Part shown: positions 8,226-17,431 of the stretch, piece by piece
Layout: every line of letters starts with the position of its first letter
How positions within the stretch are numbered: position 1 is the stretch's first letter
Virus record (IMG/VR): IMGVR_UViG_3300044695_005296
Location: 1 to 58,493 of that record
Direction: 5' to 3' (one strand)
Source of the DNA: a virus
Taxonomy: Duplodnaviria > Caudoviricetes
Length of the DNA: 58,493 nucleotides
Position numbers and translations under genes: made by a program
Notes under the pieces: model-generated
The model's database searches: none
What the model was told of the DNA's origin: nothing
The model's input: only the letters and a program-made list of their open reading frames with translations

Positions 8226-9701
8226 ATGAAGTTTTTAGCCAATCTTGACCTTCAGAAGAATGAGCTGCAGAACGCGGCAATTCAGAACCTTGCTACTGAC
8301 CCAGCATCTCCTGTTCAGGGGCAGATTTATTACAACACTGTTTCTGACGCCATCAAGGTTTATGACGGGGCTGCGTGGGTCACGCTTGCAACCGGTGGTG
8401 GCACCGTTACCTCCGTAACTGCCTCCAGCCCGCTTGCCTCTTCCGGCGGAAACACGCCAAACATTACCATCCAAGACGGCACGACTAGCCAAAAGGGTGC
8501 TGTCCAGCTAGAAGATTCATACACCAGCACGTCGACAACCAAGGCCGCAACGCCTGCTGCGGTTAAGGCTGCGTACGACCTTGCCAACGGTAAGGCAAAC
8601 CCTTCAGATACCACCTTTGTTGGTACAACAAGCGTTGCGCTCAACCGCTCATCTGCAAACCTTGCGCTTACTGGAATCACCAGCGTTGCCATGCCGGGAA
8701 GCACTTCAGGGACAACAACCCTTCAGCCTTCTGCTACTGCTGGTACGACAACCGTAACGCTTCCTGCCGCAACCGGCACTGTAGCGCTGACCGCAAACAA
8801 GCTAAGCGACTTTGCCGCAACAAGCTCTGCTGAGCTTGCTGGTGTCATTTCCGATGAGACTGGTACTGGTGCATTGGTCTTTGCCAACACGCCAACCCTT
8901 GTCACGCCAAACATTGGCGCAGCAACTGGTACAAGCCTTGTGCTTTCTGGCGACCTGACGGTCAACGGAACGACCACAACGATCAACTCAACAGAAATCA
9001 CTATCGATGATAAGAACCTTGTTCTTGGAGCAGTTACGAGCCCAACGGATGCTGGCGCCGATGGCGGCGGTATTACCCTTAAGGGCGCTACGGACAAGAC
9101 CATCAACTGGGTTGATGCAACCGACGCCTGGACCCTTTCTGAGCATGTCAATATTGCCAATGGCAAAGTATACAGAATTAATGGGACGGAAGTACTTAGT
9201 GGCACTGCACTTGGTTCAGGGGTTGTTGGGTCAAGCCTTACCTCGGTTGGCACGATTGCCACCGGTGTGTGGAACGGCACCGCAATCGCTATTGCAAACG
9301 GTGGTACTGGCGCAACTGACGCTGGCGCTGCCCGCACGGCCCTCGGCCTTGCAATTGGCACGGACGTTCAGGCATACAACGCAACCCTCGCCGCAGTGGC
9401 TGGCGGAACATACAGCGGTGATGACAGCATCACGACCGTTGGCACGATCTCTGCTGGTACGTGGCAGGGCACTGCTATTGCCTCAACCTACGGTGGAGCG
9501 CTCCGCTACAACACCAGTGCTACTTGGACTGCTGGAGAGGCTAAGACGGTCACCCACAGCCTTGGGACGAAGGCAGTGGTCGTTTCCGTGTACGACTCTG
9601 GCGATGCTGCGGTGCTCTGTGACGTGGTAACGGCCACGACCAACACCCTGACCGTCACAATCAGCCTGGCCGGGACATACCGAGTCGTCGTTCTAGGGTA
9701 A
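8226..9701 (+). CDS. Tail or head fibre protein
   Basis: KGAVQL...AATPAAVKAAYD fibre repeat, GDLTVNGTTT, GGTGAT..ARTALG motifs; AGGAG RBS. Confidence 0.85.
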   Translation: MKFLANLDLQKNELQNAAIQNLATDPASPVQGQIYYNTVSDAIKVYDGAAWVTLATGGGTVTSVTASSPLASSGGNTPNITIQDGTTSQKGAVQLEDSYTSTSTTKAATPAAVKAAYDLANGKANPSDTTFVGTTSVALNRSSANLALTGITSVAMPGSTSGTTTLQPSATAGTTTVTLPAATGTVALTANKLSDFAATSSAELAGVISDETGTGALVFANTPTLVTPNIGAATGTSLVLSGDLTVNGTTTTINSTEITIDDKNLVLGAVTSPTDAGADGGGITLKGATDKTINWVDATDAWTLSEHVNIANGKVYRINGTEVLSGTALGSGVVGSSLTSVGTIATGVWNGTAIAIANGGTGATDAGAARTALGLAIGTDVQAYNATLAAVAGGTYSGDDSITTVGTISAGTWQGTAIASTYGGALRYNTSATWTAGEAKTVTHSLGTKAVVVSVYDSGDAAVLCDVVTATTNTLTVTISLAGTYRVVVLG

Positions 9702-9710
9702 GATACCTCC

Positions 9711-10202
9711 ATGGTGAGAATTCTTAGCGACCTAACGCTTGACGCGGCAACAGACGACTTGACAGTTGACGGCACTATTACTTCTGCCGGATACATCAAG
9801 AGCGGCATGACTGCCCAACGCTATACCAACGGCGGATCTGCAGTCAGTACCACTAGCGTTGGCACTGATTACGTTGATATTTCCGGGCACACGGTAACGT
9901 TTACGCCAAACTATGTTGGTCAGCGGTGGCTGATTACCTTCACGGCGGCATCCCATACGAATACAAACACTGACCAATACATTATTTATCAAATCTTTAT
10001 TGACGGCGCCGCTTTTTTCTTTGTTCGAACAGTGAACATCGAAGGCACACTTAACTACACAACTAACGTTAGCGGAATGGATGTATACACATCTGTTGGC
10101 ACAAGCGCCGTTGTGTGCAAGGTCGGGGTTCGCATGCAGACAACCACGGGAGTTACTGTAAGCACATACTATGGCCGGCTCAACGCCGTACCGCTAACGT
10201 AA
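9711..10202 (+). CDS. Fibre-associated beta-sandwich protein, possible receptor-binding domain
   Basis: Thr/Val-rich beta-strand composition; follows the fibre gene. Confidence 0.6.
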   Translation: MVRILSDLTLDAATDDLTVDGTITSAGYIKSGMTAQRYTNGGSAVSTTSVGTDYVDISGHTVTFTPNYVGQRWLITFTAASHTNTNTDQYIIYQIFIDGAAFFFVRTVNIEGTLNYTTNVSGMDVYTSVGTSAVVCKVGVRMQTTTGVTVSTYYGRLNAVPLT

Positions 10203-10211
10203 GGGGAAGCC

Positions 10212-10376
10212 ATGAGCGAAATTGTTTTTATCATGACTGCAATTTGCCGGACAGCTGAGTGTGAGGCGAGCGGCATCCCAAACGTGTATGAGCAAGAGGA
10301 TGGTATTGATTTTCTTGTGCATTGTGGGCAATGCCAACACATTATTGAAGACATTACGGCAACGCCTAAAGAATAA
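10212..10376 (+). CDS. 54-aa Cys-containing protein (not in ORF track)
   Basis: AGGGGA RBS; MSEIVFIMTAICRTAEC...HCGQCQHIIEDITATPKE*. Confidence 0.7.
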   Translation: MSEIVFIMTAICRTAECEASGIPNVYEQEDGIDFLVHCGQCQHIIEDITATPKE

Positions 10377-10401
10377 TACAAACATAATCTTTTTTTCGTA
10401 G

Positions 10402-10430
10402 ACGCAATTGCTAATGCAATTGCGTTTTTT
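10402..10430 (+). terminator. Rho-independent terminator
   Basis: ACGCAATTGC-TAAT-GCAATTGCGT followed by a T tract. Confidence 0.75.
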
Positions 10431-10471
10431 ATTTGAGATAATCAATGCGTCACCAAGGAGATGGAGGGCGC

Positions 10472-10657
10472 ATGACAAAATCACAATCAGAAATTATTTT
10501 GGATCGTCTTGATCGCATTCAGCGAGACATTGACGCGCTCAAAAACGAAATGGCTGAAACGAGGGGCGCTTTTCGACTTGCAAAGTTTGTCCTTGCCATT
10601 CTCGGACTTTCAGGAGTTGGCGGACTCATTACGTGGCTATCGGGGCAGGGACAATGA
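10472..10657 (+). CDS. Small membrane protein (coiled coil plus one TM; XhlA/holin-like architecture)
   Basis: GGAGG RBS; [18 protein letters not shown]. Confidence 0.7.
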   Translation: MTKSQSEIILDRLDRIQRDIDALKNEMAETRGAFRLAKFVLAILGLSGVGGLITWLSGQGQ

Positions 10658-12189
10658 ATACTAGGTTTCTTACTATCCTTGCTTCTATTTGGCTTATTGC
10701 AGCCACGCTTGCGTACAGCGTCATTGCCTCGCCAGTTTCTGGCGCGCAAAGCAACTACGTAGACGCAACCAAAGACTTCTGGATTACCGTCCCCGAAGCT
10801 GGGTCGCTGCACCTTTGGACCGACCTGTGCGACGACAGCACCGCCCCTTGGTGCCCCGGCACGGTTGACTCCATGCTTTGGCTGTACGACAGCAACGGCA
10901 CTCTTCTCGCTGCCAACGACGACTCGTACACGGATCACACTGGCGGCTACTCTCTTGCCTCAACCATCATTATCACCGTAGACGCCGGCGAGTATCGTGT
11001 GCGCGCTGGGGTGTGCTGCGGCGATCCTACGGCAGACCGCTTCTACGGCAATCACTACTACCTCATTAGCAACTTTGACGCTGAGCTTGCTCCTGGAACG
11101 CCGTCTGCAACGTGGACGCCAACGCCTCAGCCAACTCCCACGCCCACACCAACTCCTACCCCGACACCAGAGCCAACGCCTACGCCTGTGCCAGACCCAT
11201 ACCTCAACGCCCCTACCGGCCTTATGGTCACCGTGTACACAGATGGCAACGTCTATCTGACGTGGAACGCCCCAGAGGCAAGCGGTACCGACGTTGAGCG
11301 ATACGGCGTGTTCTGGACCACTGGGGATTTTGCTGGTTGGGCTGCCGCCTCCAGCGAAACCAATATGGGCATTGCCAGCAACGTCTTCGTTATTACGGGC
11401 GGCGTTGACCAAACGTACACATTCTGGGTAAGGGCTGACAACGACACGCTTAGCGTGTATTCGCCTATCTCAGGCACGGTGTCCGTGTTTGTGCCAGCCC
11501 CGCCGCCACCAACCCCAAGCCCAACGCCTGAACCGACCCCTACGCCGACCCCAGAGCCCACACCTGAGCCGACCCCTTCTCCTACCCCAGAAACCCCAGC
11601 ACCAAGCCCTAGCGTGGCTCCTACGCCCACGCCAGAGCCTTCTGTAAGCCCGTCGCCGGTGCCAACACCGACGCCAACCCCGGAGGTAACAAATGAGCCG
11701 ACACCGGACCCGACTGCCACACCCGAGCCGACGCCCGAGCCAACAGAAACCCCTACGGAGTCTCCTGCCCCTTCTGTTGATCCCAGCCCTGTACCTACTG
11801 ACACACCTGGACCAATTGATCCGGGCGCTGCAGTAGAGGCTGTTACGGAAGCCGTAGGAGAGGCTGTCGCGGCAGTCGGAGAGGCAGTAAGCGCTGCTGT
11901 TGACACTGTTGCAAACCTTGGTAATGATATTACCGAAGAAGAAAAGGAAGAGGCCCGCACGGTTGTTGGGCCCGCAGTAATCATGACGACTATTGCACAG
12001 GCCGCAGTGTCAGCAGCTGCCGCAAAAAGTGCCACCAATTCTGGTGGTGGCTTTAGCGGTGGTGGTGGAGACGGCAAGAGCAAGGGTCGGGCGGGTGGTC
12101 GTCGCCAGGGGGGCGGCGGCGCAAAGCCGCAACAGGCTAAGGCGCAAGGAAAAACAGCCCAAATCGGGCAGAGGAGAGGTCTAAGATGA
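10654..12189 (+). CDS. Exported Pro/Thr-rich surface protein with a pre-peptidase-like beta domain, an FN3-like domain and a possible C-terminal anchor
   Basis: Signal peptide; [16 protein letters not shown]; APTGL...LTWNAP...YTFWVRA; long (PT/PE)n linkers. Confidence 0.8.
   Translation: MNTRFLTILASIWLIAATLAYSVIASPVSGAQSNYVDATKDFWITVPEAGSLHLWTDLCDDSTAPWCPGTVDSMLWLYDSNGTLLAANDDSYTDHTGGYSLASTIIITVDAGEYRVRAGVCCGDPTADRFYGNHYYLISNFDAELAPGTPSATWTPTPQPTPTPTPTPTPTPEPTPTPVPDPYLNAPTGLMVTVYTDGNVYLTWNAPEASGTDVERYGVFWTTGDFAGWAAASSETNMGIASNVFVITGGVDQTYTFWVRADNDTLSVYSPISGTVSVFVPAPPPPTPSPTPEPTPTPTPEPTPEPTPSPTPETPAPSPSVAPTPTPEPSVSPSPVPTPTPTPEVTNEPTPDPTATPEPTPEPTETPTESPAPSVDPSPVPTDTPGPIDPGAAVEAVTEAVGEAVAAVGEAVSAAVDTVANLGNDITEEEKEEARTVVGPAVIMTTIAQAAVSAAAAKSATNSGGGFSGGGGDGKSKGRAGGRRQGGGGAKPQQAKAQGKTAQIGQRRGLR
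11115..11815 (+). repeat. Pro-Thr/Pro-Glu low-complexity coding tracts (about 11115-11195 and 11495-11815)
   Basis: PTPTPEPTP repeats. Confidence 0.8.
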
Positions 12190-12386
12190 GCAAGTGGAAG
12201 AGCCTGTTAGTGCAGGCAATTAACGACGTGGTAAGCCAGTCGTGGACCATCTTTGGTCTTCTGGTTGGTTGGATTGTTCTGCCAGACGGCGAGACGCGAA
12301 ACTTTGTAGGGGCAACCCTTGGAGTCCTAACGCTTGCCTGGGTAGTCACCATGCCGCTTCGTGTGTCCTTTGACGACGAAGAGTAG
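12186..12386 (+). CDS. Small two-TM membrane protein
   Basis: [13 protein letters not shown] and [15 protein letters not shown]; start coupled to the upstream stop. Confidence 0.75.
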   Translation: MSKWKSLLVQAINDVVSQSWTIFGLLVGWIVLPDGETRNFVGATLGVLTLAWVVTMPLRVSFDDEE

Positions 12387-12388
12387 TG

Positions 12389-12394
12389 TATAAT
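12389..12394 (+). promoter_or_regulatory. -10 box, leaderless (TATAAT-N6-ATG)
   Basis: Perfect TATAAT 6 nt before ATG 12401. Confidence 0.65.
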
Positions 12395-12400
12395 CGCCCT

Positions 12401-12604
12401 ATGGCGACATATGATTACGCATGCAAAAAGTGCAAGGTTGTGGTGGAGATCGTTCACCCCATGTCCGATGACTCGGAACACCCCTGCCCGCGCTGCAAAA
12501 AGTCCATGCGCAAAATGATTTCTCTTAGCGGTGTTGTGTTCAAGGGAGAAGGTTGGTCCAAGATTGACCGCAGGGGCACAGGCACCGACATTTATCTTGA
12601 CTAA
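12401..12604 (+). CDS. FmdB-family zinc-ribbon protein
   Basis: MATYDYACKKC...CPRC...VFKGEGW. Confidence 0.9.
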   Translation: MATYDYACKKCKVVVEIVHPMSDDSEHPCPRCKKSMRKMISLSGVVFKGEGWSKIDRRGTGTDIYLD

Positions 12605-12635
12605 AGAGAAACGCCCCGCACATGCGGGGCGCTCT
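12603..12635 (-). terminator. Rho-independent terminator between convergent genes
   Basis: CGCCCCGC-N4-GCGGGGCG followed by TTTCTCTTT on the minus strand. Confidence 0.75.
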
Positions 12636-12659
12636 CCGTATCAGCCGTCCTAGTTGGCG

Positions 12660-12869
12660 TTAACGCTTAAACCAGGACCCGACCTTCCCAAGAAGGGACT
12701 TCTTTTCAGCCTTTGGGGCCACAACGGCCTTCTTGGCAGGAGCCTTCTTCACCGGCTTTGCAGCTGCCTTAACGGCAGGCTTCGCAGCTGGCTTAGCAGC
12801 AACCTTCGCAGCAGGCTTTGCAGCCGGCTTAACTGGGGCCTTTGGGGCCACCTTGTTATTCTTGACCAT
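12660..12869 (-). CDS. Histone H1-like Lys/Ala/Pro-rich basic protein
   Basis: KPAA repeats; AGGAGG RBS; own TGG-TATAGT promoter at 12910-12918. Confidence 0.75.
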   Translation of the reverse strand: MVKNNKVAPKAPVKPAAKPAAKVAAKPAAKPAVKAAAKPVKKAPAKKAVVAPKAEKKSLLGKVGSWFKR

Positions 12870-12920
12870 TACTGGCCTCCTTGTACTTGCGGCTTTCTGC
12901 CGTAAGACAACTATACCACA

Positions 12921-13301
12921 TTACTTTGCGGCTTCGTCGTCCCACGTCTCGCCGGCAAGGCTGCCAGCAAGCTCGTCGGCAATGCCGTCGCCGTCAGTGT
13001 CAATGGCCGAGCCCTGGATGTGCGCGGTGCTTGCTGCCTCTTCGCGGGCAACCTTCACCTTTCCGACGCCAAACTTCGTGTCCTCTGGGTTGAGGGCTCG
13101 GACGATTACCTGGAGGGTTGCCGCAATGGCACCCGAGGCAACAGTTCGGAAGTCGTCGTTGCTCATGTCAAGGATTGGGGCGCCGGTGGCAAGCATTACT
13201 GCAATACCGGTGGCCAGTCCGACGCGGAACGCTTCAAGAAGCGCTTCGTCTACACCCGTGTTGTCAAGAATCCACTTAATCTTTGTGCCAATTGCGCTCA
13301 T
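12921..13301 (-). CDS. Putative holin with acidic DTDGDG tail
   Basis: Two hydrophobic helices, RALNPED.KFG motif, downstream of the peptidase; GGAGG RBS. Confidence 0.6.
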   Translation of the reverse strand: MSAIGTKIKWILDNTGVDEALLEAFRVGLATGIAVMLATGAPILDMSNDDFRTVASGAIAATLQVIVRALNPEDTKFGVGKVKVAREEAASTAHIQGSAIDTDGDGIADELAGSLAGETWDDEAAK

Positions 13302-13315
13302 AATGAACCTCCTAA

Positions 13316-14053
13316 TTACTTCTTGATGCCAGTGCCGCCGCAGGCTGGGCAAGGAACCGGCTTAACCGGAACTGGCGCAGGCGCTGGGGCTGGTGCTGGA
13401 GTTGGTACTGGCGCAGCAGCCACAACGGTGCCCGCCTCAATGATGATGGTGTGCTTGAATGCTGGGGCAACGTGCTTCTTTGAGAGGCGCTTGCTGTCGC
13501 AAAGCTTCAGCAGGGTCTCCTCGCTGATTCGCACGCCGAACTGCTCCTTGCCCTTGCCGGATCGCGTTGGGCATGCCCACTGCCATCCGAGCTCTGGGTC
13601 CCACACTGCGGCAGTCATGTGACCGTAGGTTCGGTTAGGCTGCTTCTGCTTAACCCACCACCAACGCTGCCACTTTGCATGCCACTCGGACACTTCAAGG
13701 TCCTTTGGGTAGCCAAATGGCTGCTCCACCCAGACGCCAATTGCAGCGCCCTTCTTGGCGCTAGTAATGACGTCGTTCCAGTCCTTGGCCCAGCGCGCCT
13801 TAGCGCCAAGCACCCGGGCGGTCTTAATAAGGTCGCCAAGGCTTGAACCGTTGTCGGACACGCCCTGCTTCTCAACAAATCCAGTAGCCTTTGCCTTGGC
13901 GGCAATGCCATCCCCTGCGGAAAAGTCTCCGCCTGGGGCGTACTTGTTCACCCAAGAAACGCATGCTGCTATAGACGATGGACCGCAGTCATCAAGAATG
14001 CCGCCCTTCTCCTCGTGGTCAAGCTGTGACTTAACCCTAAACTGAACTCCCAT
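13316..14053 (-). CDS. C39-like cysteine peptidase, putative endolysin
   Basis: SQLD...DDCGPSS (Cys), YGHM (His); Pro-Ala linker; adjacent to the holin-like gene. Confidence 0.7.
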   Translation of the reverse strand: MGVQFRVKSQLDHEEKGGILDDCGPSSIAACVSWVNKYAPGGDFSAGDGIAAKAKATGFVEKQGVSDNGSSLGDLIKTARVLGAKARWAKDWNDVITSAKKGAAIGVWVEQPFGYPKDLEVSEWHAKWQRWWWVKQKQPNRTYGHMTAAVWDPELGWQWACPTRSGKGKEQFGVRISEETLLKLCDSKRLSKKHVAPAFKHTIIIEAGTVVAAAPVPTPAPAPAPAPVPVKPVPCPACGGTGIKK

Positions 14054-14115
14054 AAGAACCTCCATACTGAATTGCCCTCTCGTGGGCTTACAGTATTTTA
14101 CCTGGAGGTAGTTAT

Positions 14116-17100
14116 TTATTCACGCCCTTCGAGTTCTGCGAGCCTGGCTTCTAAATCGTTGATCCGGTGTAGTAGCGCGGCAATGATGACGCGTTCGTCG
14201 TATCCGTCTGGCAAGCCTTCGCCGTCATAGGTCACGGCGCAGCCAAGCCCCGCCTCTGCAATCTCTTCAGCAATAAGTCCAAGCGTATGCTTGCCGCTCG
14301 GCACCACATTGCCCTCAGCATCTTTCTCCAAGGCTTCGTAGTGGACTGCTCGCAGGTTTTTTGCTGCAGCCAGCACTGCATCATCAGCCTCAACGATGTT
14401 GGTCTTGGCGCGGCGCGTTGATGAGTCGCGGCGCAAAGCGTATTCGCCATCGCCAAGGAGAACCCAACGTGCGCTGTTGGTCGTCAGGGTAGTAGTGTTT
14501 GGGATTGCAGTAAGTTCACCGTTACCGGTGACCGGAACGGTAACGTCGGGTCCGTATAGATAAATGTCGCCACCGCCAGATGCATTGAGTGCTGTGCCTG
14601 AAGTGCTGGCCGTGAACGCTGCTGCGCTAACGCTTGAAGTAGCGGTGATTGCGCCTGTTACATCTAGGGAGTCATTGAGGTCAAAGTTGCCGTCGTGGTC
14701 TAGCCGGAAAGATCCCTGACCACCCGGGAAGAATGTGTCGGCCACAAGCGCCGTGTACGCTGAGCCGTCGGTGTTTTTAATTGCAATGCTGTCGTTTCCC
14801 GCAGTAGCAGAAAACGCGCGAATAGATCCGCCGTTGCCGCCCTTGAAAATGATAGCACCTAGTGCACTTGTGTCGGATACCCCTATCTCAAAGTCGCCCG
14901 ATGTGGCAATATCGTCTTTTCCGCTTCTTGAAAATAGGTTTGCGCCGCCGGTGTAGGCGGGGCTGGTAAGCGGTGTGGTAAAGACGATTTCCCCATCTTT
15001 TGGTTTTGGCGTCCCTCCCCCGGTAACCGCTGGGTCGCCGCCAATGTTTTCAAAGTTAGAACCTAGAGCAATGGAGCCAACGCCAATCATTCCTGGGCTG
15101 AGGGTTGCTGCGATTGCATCGGCAATAAACACGCCACCGGGGGCCACAAGGGTCAATGTTTTGTAGCCACGCACCGTTGCGGAGGAAAGTGTCGCCGTGC
15201 CCATTGCATACGGTGCGGTAAAAGTAAATGTTGTTGCACTGACAGTTTTTACGCGAACTGCTTCACTTTGACTGTCTGTGCTAGTCCAGTTTGTTCCAGA
15301 AACACCGTGGAACGATACGTATTGACCGACACCAATGTCGTGGCCGGATTCAATTGTAACGGTAATAGTCGCGCCAACAGTAGAAGAGGGGCCATCTCCA
15401 GTAATATCGCTAATTGTCCAAGAAGAATACGTAGATGCGGCCATTGATGCGGCGTCGTGATCAGACCAAACCGTAAGAAGCGAACCGCCGACGTTTGTTG
15501 TGCCAACGGCGTTTGGCTTTAGGTTTATAGATCCGACTTGCGATGCGCCAACAGCGGCAACGTTTGAGTTGCTGAGGGTCACATCTGAGGCAGTGACGGA
15601 GCCGGTATTGCTAACAATAAAATTTGTTGATGTAATTGCTGCGGCACTAAGGCCGCTTAGAGTTAGGGTATTAGTTTGAATTTTATCAGCAGAGACAGTA
15701 GCAATTTTTGCGTTAGTGACTACCCCTGACCCGAGAACGTCGGATACGGTAATGGCGTCAATGGCGCTAATGCTTCCAATTCCTGTCAGGCTGAAAGAAC
15801 GAGCGGTAATGTTTCCAGCTTTGTCTACCACAAAGTTTGCCGTAGCGGCGTTTGAGTCGCCTGCCCAGAAACGATAGTTAGCATCCGCGCCGCTCATCAC
15901 CGCCACGTTGTTGCCAGAGCCAACGCTTACATAGCCAGAGCTATCCGCGACGATGTTTGTAGCCGTTAGGGCAGTTGCCCCAATAGTGAAGCCGCCAATG
16001 CGGCCACTTGCCGCCGTAACAGTGCCAGTAAAGGAACCGCTGGTAGCGGTAACTGCCCCCGTAATAGTGGCGTTAGTCGCCACAAGATTGCCGTCAAGGT
16101 CAACAGAGAACTCTGCGGAGGCCGGTGTAGCATTGCCTGCCCAGATACCCTGGAACGTTGGTGAAGTAGCGTCTGGGTAGTTGCCAACGCGCACAACCTG
16201 GTTTGCATTGATGTCCCCGCCCACGGTAATCTCGTCCGCCGTGACCGTGCCGATGTCAATGAACGATCCGCCAGCAGTTACGCCCAGCAAAACGGTGCCG
16301 TCTGACTTACGGATAACAATGCTGTCGTTGAGCACCTGGAAGACTGGCTCTCCGCCATCCTGGGTCTTGGCCGTGCGGATGTTTAATGAGGCAGAGGTCA
16401 GGTCGCCGTTTGACGTGACGGAGTATGCCTTGCGCACGCGGATTGCCACAGGGGCGTCAATGGACGGAAGCGACTCGGAGGAGATGACCGCACCAAAGTC
16501 AAGGTTAAAGCGGTGGCGGAAGTAAAACTCTCTTGTTGAGGGAACGCTCACGACATACCAGACGCCAGAATAAACTGGACCGCATGATGCAAGCTCAACG
16601 TAATCGCCAATGACAAAGTCATGGTCAGTTACGGTTGTAACAAATACGGAGTAGATTCCCGCTGGGTTTGGGCCAGAGATGCGCTGCGCATCTATGGAGA
16701 GAACCTGATTGGCCTTAGACATTGTTGGGATGTATTGCTGGCTCTTTGCGACTAGGCCGGATTCCAGCGTGCTCTTACTCGTGTTGGTCACCGTGTAGGT
16801 AACGCCGGTGCCTACGGTGTCAACCGCAACAATCTCCGCGTAGCCAAGAGGACCGTCGTGCTGGTCAATGATGCCGACGTTAGCGTTCTGGCCCGTAGGG
16901 CGAGTGAGTTCGTTTGGGTCGCCAAAGTAGGCGCCAGTAACGCGAACGTAATCGCCGACCTCAAACATTGCACTTGCCCCAACGGTAGCGGTGGTAGTGC
17001 CAGACTCATACGTACCCCAGGAAGCAAACTCGGCGTAGACGGTGTTCTCGGACACCGTAGACCAGTCTTGCAGGTAAACATAGCCGCCAGTAAAGCCCTG

Positions 17101-17430
17101 CTGAGCCTCAATGGCATCAAAGTCGGAACCGTAGGAGCGGCTATTCCACGAGGCAATCGTTTGTATTTGCCCCGTACGCATGAGGTTTGCATCAAGCACG
17201 CCGGTCTTAATGTATGAGGCGTTAATGGTTGCGCTGTTTGGACCAACGGAAATAATGGAAGAGCCAGCGGGCACCACTTGTCCCGAAGAGTTTTGAGTTG
17301 GTGCCGGGTTGACAATGTTAATTTCCGGCCCGTCAATAGATATCCCAGAGACGGATTGCCCAGCGGACGCAACGGGGTCGCTGCGAAATAGTGTTCTCTT
17401 TCTTTTGCCAGATATTCTTTGCATTGCCAT
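14116..17430 (-). CDS. Tail fibre/spike with C-terminal S74-type intramolecular chaperone
   Basis: SSTRRAKTNI...GLIAEE...terminal coiled coil; G-x-I-T-A beta-helix-like repeats; ATG follows the upstream stop. Confidence 0.85.
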   Translation of the reverse strand: MAMQRISGKRKRTLFRSDPVASAGQSVSGISIDGPEINIVNPAPTQNSSGQVVPAGSSIISVGPNSATINASYIKTGVLDANLMRTGQIQTIASWNSRSYGSDFDAIEAQQGFTGGYVYLQDWSTVSENTVYAEFASWGTYESGTTTATVGASAMFEVGDYVRVTGAYFGDPNELTRPTGQNANVGIIDQHDGPLGYAEIVAVDTVGTGVTYTVTNTSKSTLESGLVAKSQQYIPTMSKANQVLSIDAQRISGPNPAGIYSVFVTTVTDHDFVIGDYVELASCGPVYSGVWYVVSVPSTREFYFRHRFNLDFGAVISSESLPSIDAPVAIRVRKAYSVTSNGDLTSASLNIRTAKTQDGGEPVFQVLNDSIVIRKSDGTVLLGVTAGGSFIDIGTVTADEITVGGDINANQVVRVGNYPDATSPTFQGIWAGNATPASAEFSVDLDGNLVATNATITGAVTATSGSFTGTVTAASGRIGGFTIGATALTATNIVADSSGYVSVGSGNNVAVMSGADANYRFWAGDSNAATANFVVDKAGNITARSFSLTGIGSISAIDAITVSDVLGSGVVTNAKIATVSADKIQTNTLTLSGLSAAAITSTNFIVSNTGSVTASDVTLSNSNVAAVGASQVGSINLKPNAVGTTNVGGSLLTVWSDHDAASMAASTYSSWTISDITGDGPSSTVGATITVTIESGHDIGVGQYVSFHGVSGTNWTSTDSQSEAVRVKTVSATTFTFTAPYAMGTATLSSATVRGYKTLTLVAPGGVFIADAIAATLSPGMIGVGSIALGSNFENIGGDPAVTGGGTPKPKDGEIVFTTPLTSPAYTGGANLFSRSGKDDIATSGDFEIGVSDTSALGAIIFKGGNGGSIRAFSATAGNDSIAIKNTDGSAYTALVADTFFPGGQGSFRLDHDGNFDLNDSLDVTGAITATSSVSAAAFTASTSGTALNASGGGDIYLYGPDVTVPVTGNGELTAIPNTTTLTTNSARWVLLGDGEYALRRDSSTRRAKTNIVEADDAVLAAAKNLRAVHYEALEKDAEGNVVPSGKHTLGLIAEEIAEAGLGCAVTYDGEGLPDGYDERVIIAALLHRINDLEARLAELEGRE

Positions 17431-17431
17431 A

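Noticed and set aside
7827-11815. Periodic DNA as a CRISPR array or tandem DNA repeat
   Set aside because: Explained by collagen and Pro-Thr codon periodicity with variable third positions
12654-13326. Plus-strand hydrophobic ORFs (12654-12905, 12733-13326)
   Set aside because: Mirror of the KPAA-repeat and holin genes, which have RBS, promoter and terminator support on the minus strand
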